Positions 49,501 to 61,500 of a stretch of 64,000 nucleotides of DNA are shown piece by piece (within the stretch, counting starts at the first letter, position 1; every line of letters begins with the position of its first letter). The stretch is from NCBI GenBank assembly GCA_964624795.1, contig CAZUZS010000009.1, forward strand, positions 32,361 through 96,360, given 5' to 3'. Below the pieces are notes generated by a model that was given only the letters and a program-made list of their open reading frames with translations, had not been told where the DNA came from and searched no databases. The position numbers and the translations under genes were made by a program. The stretch is from an uncultured Calditrichaceae bacterium (GTDB lineage Bacteria > Calditrichota > Calditrichia > RBG-13-44-9).

Positions 49501-52500
49501 TCCCGCAGGGTAAATTCTCCGGAAGCAGTGGTATCGAAATTTGTAAATGGATCGCCGGTTTGCAGGGTACCTTCCAGGTGCAATTGCAAATTGTAACTGC
49601 CGGGTTGGAATCCTGCCGGAATCGGCACTTCTTGAAACGATATTGTAGTGTATTTTATGTCAGCTCCGCTCGAATCTTTGCCCGGAAGCACATAATTTGC
49701 CTGCAAATTCGTAGCGAGAATATCCGTTCCCCTGCTCAATGTCAAGACTGTGTTGGCGGCATTAAGCTGCACCGCGGACAAGGCATCGTTGCCAATTCTT
49801 GTTTGGAACATCCGGTTCTGGCCGGCAATTCCAATATTGGGAAGCAGGGAATCGTAAACCAGTTTGGCGCCGGAAATTACCCGGAAAGAGGCTGCCGAAT
49901 CTACTGTCTGATAACTTAGCACGGAAGGCGCAGATGTTTGCACACGACCCTGCACTTTATAGCCTCCAACCGGAACATCAAGCAAAGGGATATCGATCTT
50001 AAACTGTAATGTGACCTGATCTAATTCTTTCAAAACAGTTACTGTGTCCACGCGACGCAAACTGAAAGTAGAATCGTAGAGATCGTTGGTCGTTGTATTT
50101 CGTATGTGCAGCCCGGTCACAGCGGGATCAGGATTAAGTTCCAGCTTCTGCGCGGTGAAATTCCGGACCTGCATTTCAATTGTAATTGCAGTGTCGCCAA
50201 GCACGACCTGACGGTTACCGGACAGGGCCGGAAAATAGACATCCGGGATGGTAATCGCTGCACCCACATCCAGCGGCTGCCCGATCAGATCCCGTGAGTA
50301 GGCTTCTCCGTGCACCACTCCCCGCAGCGACAGCTGAGTGCTGTAGGTACCGTTCTGCAGGCTTAAGCTGACAGGCCTGAATTTCAGAGTGGTTGTATCA
50401 TGCGCATCGATGAATGCCGGACTTTGCAGGGTTGTAGATTGATCCGGGGACGATAGAACCGAAAATTTTGTTGAGTCAGGGATCAATACAATCCTGCTAC
50501 TTCCTGTGTTTCTCACCACCATTCGGAATGTGATATCACTTTGAACTTCCAGATTTGCAGGGTTGAGGCTGCCGGCCACAAAACCAATTTTCGGAGGCGT
50601 CAGAATCTGCACCTGTGCTGCCCCGCTGGCGCTGGAAGTATCCTGCAACGAAAAACCGCTGTTTTGGTCAGTCCCGGAGACAATGGCCCGGTAGGATGCC
50701 AGCGCATCGAAGCCGGGTGATGCCGGGTAATTCAGCGCATAATTGAATTGCATCGAACTGCCGCCGGCCAGGTCGGTCGGGAGCGGTGGCGATAACAGCA
50801 CGGTTTGAATGGGTTCCCCGGTTCCGCCAATCAATATTGAGCCATTATTTATCCTGGCCGTTGCTTCACCATCATTTCTGAGCACGATGCTCAATGAGTC
50901 ATTTTGTTTTCCCCAGTGAGTCGTGTCGCGGTTGGGAACGATGGAAAGGAAAGTAAACACTGCCGGTTCTTCTACGATTACCGTATCGCGAACCACACCG
51001 GCAACCTGCATTGTGCTGTCCACTTTTGGAGCGTGGTAATAGAGCAGCGTTTGCAGAATGTAGTTCCCGGATTCGGCGTTCGTCCTGGGACGGATTCTGA
51101 AATTGACATCCGCCTGATCGCCGGGTTGAATGGTGAGCGGTAGATTGGTTTGCCGCTGCAGATCGAAATTAGCAGTATCGTTCGGATTGCCGTTAATCAA
51201 TATTTTTACCGAATCCAAAACGGCAGCAGCCATCGGCGCGCCGCCGGCCGAATTCCTGATTTGAGTGGAAAGGGTTGCGAAATCCTGCCCTTTGCTCATT
51301 CTTTCCGGCGCCAGTTGAATGCCCTCAACCTGCAGATTGGGCTTCTGTTTTATCACCCAGGGCTGGACGGTCGTGGCGGAATCCACATTCAACGGTATCA
51401 CATTCCCGCCAAAGTTGACTATCCCGGCTAATCGGGCGTCCAGGCTGTCCGGGCCGGCCTGGGCGACGTCCCTGACATCAACCAGGAATTCAAAGAGTTT
51501 TGTTTCATTTGCATTCACCGTTACCGGTGGCACGAACTGGGCATAATAACGGTAGTTGGAATCGCCGGCGTGACGGGAAATCAATGAGAGTGTGTCAACC
51601 CGGAGGGGCTGTCCACCACCGTTCCGTACCCGAACGGTCACAGGTATATTTTTCTGCCCCTGCGTAACCTCCACCTCCGGCGACGTTACAGACAAAATCT
51701 CAGCACCGGCCTCCTGGTAGATGGACCAGCTATGCAAGCTGTCCGCCGAAACACTCTGGGAAAGCTGGTTCAGCGAATCATGGTATGCGGCAACAGCTCC
51801 AAAAAAATCGGCACCGGTTGCCGTATTGGCGTCGATATCAACACGGAAAACAAACGGTAGTTGCTCGCCGGCGCGAATCCGGGTTGGTATCTGAAGCGGT
51901 GTAATCACGTACGGCCCGATATGGTGGGTCAGGTCCGCAGCGTCGATCTCGGCAGTTGTTTCGCCGGTATTTTCGATTGAGACCTGCACCTCTATGTTAT
52001 TCTGGCCCGCGTAGACCGCGGTTGGTCCGTTGATATCCCGAATCGCCAGCTTCGCCTGGCGGTGTATAGTAACCGGCTGTAAAGTAAGAGCCTGCGAAGC
52101 GTGCGTACTGGCATTCTGATCCGTCCAATAGAATCTCACTGTAATATTATTAAGCGTCCCGGCATAAGTGGTGTCTATAAACGGCACAAGTGAATCACTG
52201 TGCGTTCCTCCGCCATTCAATAAATAGCCGTTCGCATTGGTGTACCCCAACGAGGCAATGGTAATGCTGTCAATGTGTGCCGGAGCGGAATTCCCCCCAT
52301 TTGACAGGGTATAATGAATAGGCAATGTCATATTCTGCGAAATAATACGGGGATAAGTCACCGCCGAGGTATCCAGCGAAACCGGTGAATCCACCCGCAA
52401 CGTGCCAGTGAAATTAAGGGTAGCGCTGTAGTAACCCCCATTTTCCTGATATTGGTCCATTCTCAGGGAAACCGGATAATTTCCTGGCGGGAGATTTATC

Positions 52501-55500
52501 AGCGACTGCGGAAAGACGACCGCCCTCTGCTGACCGCCGGGCACAGAGACAGTATCCGTTATGGAAATACCGAAACCGCCAATAAAAAGTGTGGTCACAT
52601 CGGGAAGAAGATAAATATTTGCCTGCCCCGCATTCCTGATTTGCGCGGTAAATGTGACGTTATTTCCTCTTGTAATCGCCACAGGCGAATAATTGACCGG
52701 CTGCAGCGAGCCTTTTGTAACAATCCGCCACGAATAGGATGTGTCGGCGTTTTGCACTTTCAGAACGTTTCCGCCTACCGTTGCACTGAGTCGGGCATTT
52801 ATTGTCGCCAGGCCGGTCTGGCTGGCAGGATTCACAGAAACGTTGTTAAAAGTCACCACCTGCGGGGATGAATTTGCGGGAAGCGAGAGCGCCGGCGTGA
52901 TTACCAGATTTGCAAAGGTGCCCTGTGAAAATTTCAGGGCTACCGTGTCTACCACCGCTGGCACCCCACCGTTATTTCTTAATTTTACCCGCACGGAAAT
53001 GCCGCTTTGTCCCAGGCTGACCGAATCGTAATCGCTGCTGACGGAAAGAATTCGCAATTGCGGACCGGGGATGACCTCAAAAGTGTCTAACGCGGAAACA
53101 CCAGCCGTTGCATTGCGCGATTGCTGCAAATCGATTTCAGTTCCGGAAGCCTGCGCGCCGACAGTTACTGTTCCCGTCTGGGCGGTACTAAGCAGAGAAA
53201 ACGTAAAACTGGCGGCCACGCTGTTTCCACCGGCAACCGTGTCGCCCAATGCGCTGTGCAAGGTTTGGGCAAATCCTAAGGAAGGATTGAAGCCCAGGAT
53301 GACATTGTCTATTGTAACCGGCATCTGTCCCGAATTCCGGATATAAACAGTGGCTGCCACATCCTGTTGGCCGATAAATACGGTGGGTTCGGCAACCACC
53401 ACACTGTCTATGAATAACGCTCCGGGCTGGCGAACGGTGAGCACGGCCGGTGTGGCGGACGAATCGGGACCAACTGGGCGCCCGTCATTGCGGTCGGTTC
53501 CCGAAAGCAGGAAGTTGATTGGATAGGAACCTATATTGGAAGCAGCATTGCCACGATATACAAAACTGGATGAATCGCCGCCATTGATTATCGCCGGTAG
53601 TCCCACCGGTGAAAGTCGTGTCAGGTTATTGACTCCGGTGCCTGACAGGCTGGATAAGGTGAGATTTAATCCCGCCTGGCCTGTATTTCTCGCTGTGAAA
53701 GCGAGCGTCAAACCAGTCTTGCCGGCGCTCACTGTGTCGGGCGTTACTGTCAGCTTATGAACATTTATAACTGCCGGCTCCTGAATAATGAGCGAATCCC
53801 TGACCACCGCCAAGCTGTCGGAATAACTCTGAGAAGAGTTCAGATCAATGTAACCGATCTTGGCATCCAGGTGTATTGTACCGGGAACGGTCGAATCTGG
53901 GATCTGGATATTAACTGTGTAATTCTTAGTGGAATTACCACCAATCACATCGGGTAAGGTAGAAACCAGTGACTGGCCCAGAGTATCCGGCGAAAACTTC
54001 AGTTGCAGCTTTTGCAGGCTGATGCTGGCCTGGCCACTATTCGTAATACTTACATTGGCGAGAATATTGCCCTGATGTCCCTGGTTCACATACAGCTCAT
54101 TCACACTCACCGAATTAATGCGCACCAGCGCCTGGTTGAACGACTGGATCAGGAGCGAACCCTTTTCTGTTAACGGGTAATCGTAGGATTTGCCGTTTAG
54201 TGAATCGCTGTAAGTCAGGCTTCCTTTTATGGGGTCTTCACCCAGGGCAGCAGAGGAATTAATTGTAATCGTATATTGAAGTGTTTCCGGAGCCGCCGGG
54301 GAAACGGTTCGGGGAAGCAAGGGCGTCGTATTAATCGTATGGTTGTTCAGAAATTGCAATGCAGCCGCCGAAATCGTCCCCGCAACCTCGCCGGTGTTGG
54401 TAACGACCATTGAAATCTGAACACCGGACTGGCCCTGGCTTACCACTTGCGGAGTCGCAAATATGGTGTCGATCTGCAAACTTGCCCGAGGCAACACCTG
54501 CAGCGCTGCGCCGCTATCCGGGTAAGCACGATTATAAACCGTGCCGGTGTTGCTGTCACTGTAATCCAGGGAGGCAAAAATACTGTCGGTTCCCGGCGGG
54601 TATGAGGACGGTATTGAAATAAAATAATCAAATTGTTGCGAACCGCCCCGCGCAATGGTAACCGGGAACGCCGGGGCACTGGAATTATCAATAAAGTAAT
54701 TAAATTGCTGCGGCCCTTGTAAAACAATATCGGAGAGATTTTGGACTTGCACCGGCGCATTCAGTGGGCCGGGATTGTACACCTCAAACAAAACCCGCAG
54801 ACTGTCCTGGTCCTGCGAGGCGGTGGAGGGAGTTATCGAAAGATGGCGAACGACAACATTGCCGGGTATATTATCGATATTGATGACTGCTGCATTCGTG
54901 TCTACTGTCGCCGTAAACGGAACGCCGTATTCTTCACCCGCCAAAACGACAAAAATTTGCCGGGTGGAAAGGCGAGCCGGGCTGATTACCGGACCCTTTT
55001 GGAAATTCAGAGTCTGGCTGTTTCCGGCAGTGATTGTCTGGCTGGTTTTCAAATAGAATGTGTCGGCATCAAATGTCAGGAATGTTGAGGCAGGAGTGAG
55101 CACGACATTTGTCTGGCCGGCATTGCTCAGTTGGATGGAAAGTTCCGCCGAATCGCCACTGGTAACGCGGGAAGGCAACGGTCCGCTTACATAATGTATC
55201 CTGGCGGCCTGAATAACCTGAAAAGTTGATGGAGAAATCGCACCGGAGGCAGAAATAATAGATCCGGAGCCAACCACTTCTCCCTGGAATTTTCCATCCA
55301 GAACGTATTCGCCTAATGCAAAATCGCCCGGCACCGTCCACCAATAATCGATTGTGTTCGTCCCGGGATTAACTAATGAGTCCGCTATGCTTGCTTTTGA
55401 AAACATGGCTGCAAGTGGCGGCTCACCGGCACGGCTCACCAGCGGCGTAGTCTGGGAATCGTCCACTCTTATAGGCACGCTACCTTGATTATTTATGGAC

Positions 55501-58500
55501 ATCCGCACACGCAATGTATCGCCCCGTTTCACCTGTCCGGAAGCAGGCGAGATCACATTCACCGAGGCGATCTCAATTGAAGCCACGCTGAATGCATTTG
55601 CCTCGGTAAAGAATGATCCGTTCATGAGTGAGTCGGTACCGGCGCCTCTCAATACAATATCCGGTTCATAGGAAGCAACCAGGAACATAGAGTCCAATAC
55701 ATCCGGACCAAAGGTAATTGGAGTAATAATCCCGGCTGTCCGGTCGGTTTGCAAACCAGCTTTATAAATATGTGTGCCGTCTGAAAAAGTGATATAACTA
55801 TTCTGGTTGCTGGTATCCAACTGAACCTGTATCGGGCCGGGATTACTGATCGATACCGAAAATGAGAATGTCTCCCCTAAGGCAGCGCTTGCCGGCGTAA
55901 GCGAACCTATAACGTACGACAAGCGATAGATCTTTATCAAAACCGTATCGATACCGGCAATGTAAGTCCGGATCAAGGTAGAATCCCTGGTATCATCAAT
56001 CTCCACCGAGTTCAGGATATCGCCGCTTGAATTGGAAACTGAAGAACCGGATGCCAGCACCGCCTTGGAAGGCTGCACGACTTCCGATTTTACCGTCCGG
56101 TTTGGAACAGGATTTCCGTAGAGGTCCGCCACTTTCACAACAAAAGGAACCGAGCCGTGGGGCGGCGCTGAAACGCCATTTGCGGGAATGCCCCGCAAAC
56201 TCACAATCGACAGGTTTTGCGCAGCAGCCGGGTTCGCGACAGCCTGCAGGGTATCGGAAACTATTTTCAGGGAATTTTGGAGCCTTGCCAGCAAATAGTA
56301 GGTTTGGGCAATTGAATCCGGTGTCCAGACAGTCTGGGCAATTCCCTGGCTGTTGGTTACTACCGTTTCGGCGGAAACCGTCCCGCCATTCAGCGGCTCA
56401 AAAATCAGCGTTGAATCTGCTAACGGGTTGTTGAAGCGATCCAGTAGCTTTACCTGTACCGGAATCGGCAGCGGTTGCTTTACTGTTCCGGTCTGGTTGT
56501 TTCCCGCCACAATGGCAATGGAAGCCGCTGTATCAGGGATAACTGCTTCGCCGGCAAAAATGAGGGGAGAACCGCTGGCGTTCGAAAATGAAGTGACTTC
56601 ATATCTTCCCAGTTTATTGCCCAATACCAGCCGCGTCTCTGCAACTCCGGATGGATTGGTCATGGTCTGATATGAGGTTAAGCTTTGCCCGGAAGCACCG
56701 TCGGGGTACTGGGTGATGACAAAGCTGACATCCGCATTGTTTGCCGGATTATTCAGTGAATCGGTTATTCGCACCTGAAATGGAAGGAGTGTTTCCCCAA
56801 TCCTGCCCGTCATGAGGGTGTCATTCAGATTCACATAATTCATAAAACGGGACGACTGCGCCTGGGGATAAGCAGTGAAATAGATGGTATCGGGTGTAGT
56901 AGGCGAATTCTTTACATAAGCCGCTATAGTATCCGGTGAAAGATCGTTGTGAAGCGTCCAGAAAATTTGCGCGATCCCCAACGAGTTTGTTACCGAATAG
57001 GCGCCGGAAACAGACCCGCCTTTTTTGGGCAGCCAGCCAATGCTGTCCCCCGGAACCGGGTTGCCATAGTTATCGTGAACCTCGACCCGGATGGGCAGTG
57101 CAAGACTCTGGCCCGCCACACCGTTCTGGGCATCGGTCTCGGCTATCTTAAACAGGGAATCCGGCACTCCTGCCACGACACGGATGTCGGACGTAACATC
57201 TACCTTACTGGCAGTGTCGCTGATCGCCCGGATGAAAGCCGTGCCAACAGTGCGCCCGCCAAATATTGTTGAATCGGCATGAATGGGATTTAGCACACCA
57301 ATATTATCACCAACAATGCTCCATGTGGAAGGCGTTCGGCCGCGCAGATTCCCCCAGCGGTCGTATCCCGCCGAAAACCACCTGCGCGACGCTCCGGCTG
57401 AAACCGTATCGGAAAGAACTGCTGCGCCTGTTGAATCTTCGATGACAATCGAAGCCAGCGCGCCGTTTGTAACAGTAATTGTTGTGGTGGTATCATTAAT
57501 TAGCGTGGCAGATACCGTTCGAATTTTTCCTGTGCCGGTACTTTGCGGGCTGAAGGTAATATATGAAGCCGGACCTGCCGGAACGCCGACCAGACTTCCC
57601 CCTGCGACCGAGACGGTGTCCCACGGTACAGGCTGATCGCCCAGGTAATTATTTCTTGCATCATAATGCGCAGCGTAAAGTTCAATTGCATCATCGGTTG
57701 TGATGCTGACCGGCGCCATTGCATTGTATGGCGAACCGCCGCCGTTGCCCTGGTCACGGATTACAATATGATGCGCCGCTCCCTTCTTCACGGTGACCAA
57801 CCCGGAAATATCGCTCATTAAATTGAACACAATATCAATGGTGCCGGAGCCAATCTGATCACCGATAAACGTGATCCTGTTGGCGGTTGCCACGGAATCT
57901 TCACCGGGAAGATGAATGAATTTCCCGAGACTACCTGGCGTAATTGACCAGTCCGCGGAAACCAGTCCGGTGAAGTTGCCGGCACCATCATAGCCCGATG
58001 CATACAGCCGAACCGTATCGCCGGCGAGCATCGTTCGGCTAGTCAATTCATTCGTTCCCAAGGAATCGGTGGTTATCAGCACATACGCTGTGTCTCCGTC
58101 CTGAACCGTGATGGTTCCGGTTGAGTCTCCCTTTATCAGGGGATTGGCAGAGAGTACTTTTATATATCCACTCCGGCCGCTAATTGTGGGGGAAAAAGTA
58201 AAATGAGATGCCGGGAGGTCTGTGGATGCGGGAACCAGAGAGCCAGTGGTGCTCCATAATGCGGAGGTGATATCGGCAATGTAATTTCCATAAACATCAA
58301 ATCCTGCGGCGTACATGCTCAGCGTGGAATCGGTCGTCAAATAATCGAACACACTGCCGCTGTACGAGATGCCGCTGCTGTCCGGACCGCTCATGATATT
58401 CAATGAATCAAGCGCACCGGCCACGATCGTAAAGGGAGCCGATATAGCACTCTTTCCAAAACTGTCCGCGATACGGAATGTGAGATTGCGCTGCTTCTTG

Positions 58501-61500
58501 GTGACGACGGCTGCAAATACCGCATTCCCCGAAGCAAGATTTTTTGTTGCCGGCGGGGTGATATTGACACCAGGCGCCGTGCTGTTCAATGTTACCTGGC
58601 GGCTGGAAGTTGTTGCCGCGTTGTTATAAACGTCGAATCCATTAACTACAATATTGAAGCTCTCGCCGGCGGTATGGTGATATGGCGTTATGGAACTGTT
58701 ATCCACTATAGTATAATAGGATATGCTGTCCGGCTTCAGGACAAACGAGAAATCCAGCGATGTCAACGCTCCGAAGCGGACTTGTATGGTGTCGCTGCCG
58801 AAACCGGTGGAGGTAGAAAGGCGATAAGCGGCAGATGCCTGCCCGTTACTTTGGGTAACGGAGAAAACGGAATCCAGCCCTCCACTGACAAAAGATCCGT
58901 TTCCCGTCGAAGTTCTCTTAAACAATATCGATGAATCGGGGATTGCATTTCCGAATTCGTCCTGCAGTTCGGCAGTAATTGTCACGGTATGCCCAACGAT
59001 GCCGGTATTCGTGAGGGCCGAAACAGGAACCAGGGAAAGATTTGTGGTCGGATTAACTGTGATGATCCCGCTCTGGCCGGTAACGAAAGCATTTGTCGCT
59101 TTTTCCGCTTTTACCCGGAAGCTGCCTGCAATTGTGTCTTTTACGGTGATCGTCACAGTCGATTCATTAAGAAAAGGTACAGTCGGTGGCGGTGAAAAGG
59201 TGGCGCTGGTCGATCCCACTGCGCTGAATATCACATCGTCGCTGTTAATTACACCATTGCCGTAGTTGTCCCGCGCCGTCACGGTGAAAGTCAGGCTGTC
59301 CCCGGCAGACATGCTTTGAGTTGTAGCAGGATCAAATTCATAATAGCTTACCGCCGCCGGTAACACCGCCACACTGAATGTCTGTGCAGTCAGTGCACCA
59401 AAACTGACCTCTACCATTCCCGGACTTAGCTCAATGTCTGTCCCCAGGATGTATTCGACCTCGCCTATGCCGCTAACGTTGGTTACCGCCGTTCCGCTGC
59501 TCAGGCTGCCGCCGCCGCTCAAAATGGTGAAACTCAGCGTCGAATCGCTGAGCCCATTTCCATACTGGTCCAGCAATTGCGCCCGAAGCGTTCGGGTCGT
59601 TCCTACTACCCCGCTGCTATCCGGTGTTAACTTTACGATCTCAAATGCCGCAGCCGGATTCACCGTGATCAGCCCGCTCTGACCGGTCACGCCGCTCGCT
59701 CCCTGTTTGCGACCCACGATCGTGAAACTGTCCGCGACCGTGTCCTTTACTGCAACAGTTACCGTTGAAGCCCCATCAAACGAAAGCGTACTTCTTGGCG
59801 AAAAATATGCCGTGGATAAGCCCGATGCTGTAAATATTATGGAATCATTGCTTACCACACCATTGCCGTAATTATCCCGTGCCGTCACGGTGAAGGTCAG
59901 GCTGTCCCCGGCAGACATGCTTTGAGCCGTAATGGGTAAAAAATCATAGTAACTCACTACCGCGGGCGATAACGTCACGCTGAATGTCTGTGCAGTCAGT
60001 GCACCAAAACTGACCTCTACCATTCCCGGACTTAGCTCAATGTCTGTCCCCAGGATGTATTCGACCTCGCCTATGCCGCTAACGTTGGTTACCGCCGTTC
60101 CGCTGCTCAGGCTGCCGCCGCCGCTCAAAATGGTGAAACTCAGCGTCGAATCGCTGAGCCCATTTCCATACTGGTCCAGCAATTGCGCCCGAAGAGTCCG
60201 GGTAGTTCCCACTACCCCGCTGCTATCCGGTGTTAACTTTACGATCTCAAATGCCGCAGCCGGACTCACCGTGATCAGCCCGCTCTGCCCCGTTACCCCG
60301 CTGACTCCCGACTTCTGCGCTTTTAAACTGAAACTCTCTGCCACCGTGTCCTTCACTGTTACAATAACAGCCGATGAGCCGCCAAAATTCAGCGTGGAGC
60401 CTGACGGAAATGTTGCTCCCGTTGCCCCAACCGGTGTGAACACGACATCATCACTATTGATTACTGCATTGCCATAATTGTCCCGCGCTGTTACCGTGAA
60501 AGTCAGGGTGTCTCCGGCAGACACATTTTGATCGGTATTGGGTAAAAAATCATAATAACTTACCGTGCTTCCCAAAACCTGTACCGACCAGCCGACGTCG
60601 GTGCTCACCTGGTTCGCTGTGGAATCCAATCGTGCATCGTAGCGCGATTGGTAATTCCCCGTGCCCAGTGCGGAGGGCATGGTTTGCATGAAATTTATCA
60701 CCAGTGAATCTTTTACATCGAAAGGGGAAGTCTGCACAAAAATGGAATCTGTCCCCGGATCGTAGTTCCAGGTGGCAAAACCCGGCCTGGCTGGCGCAGT
60801 TGTGGTATTCTGAATGGGTGCACTGTAATTGTTTATTTTTATGCCGGTCACTATCGGTGTGCTCGCTGCAAAAGGATTGGCAATGGCAAGCCGGTCCATT
60901 TTCCCAAGCGATGAGGTGTCGCCCGCAACATCAATATTGTCTATCCGGTAGGTCAACGACTGAAAATTGGTGCCGGCCGCCACCGAAGCAGGAGATATGG
61001 CAGCATCTGCCAGGTTCCCTAAATGCTTCGGATGAAACAGGATGGCGGAGCTCGGTGCAATAGCGCCCTGAGTGTTATAACTGTAGAGCAAGCCGGCGTT
61101 ACCCGACTGAACACCTATGGTCGCCGAGCCGCCGGAAGTACTATCGCTGGGTATTGTCGATAAAGAATGGTATTGAAATTTAATCAGGTTGGTTCTTTCG
61201 TAAAGAACGATTTCAAAAGTAATGATACCGGTGCTCGGTGCAGCCGGCCACTGTTCAAACTGATGCCATTCGACAACTACCTGCCGGTTGGGACTTTCAC
61301 CCACCTTGCGAAAATAGACATTTCCCGGAATATGCGTATCCAGGTCGTCCCAATAGGCAGCCAGCATGGTTGCCGGGCCGGAAACGTAGGGTATGGAATC
61401 ATTCTGTGGATGGGAGCCCGCAGGATCGGTGAAACTGGCGAATCCATTACTGGAGACCCAAATCGTGGAATAGGATGTGCCGTAGAAGGTGAAGGGAAAA

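Noticed and set aside
44355-58948. Dozens of 60-300-aa ORFs on both strands across 43.5-61.8 kb (for example 47499-48398, 299 aa)
   Set aside because: All are nested in the single uninterrupted 6092-codon minus-strand frame that has a coherent repeat/domain structure. They are shadows of a GC-rich repetitive gene.
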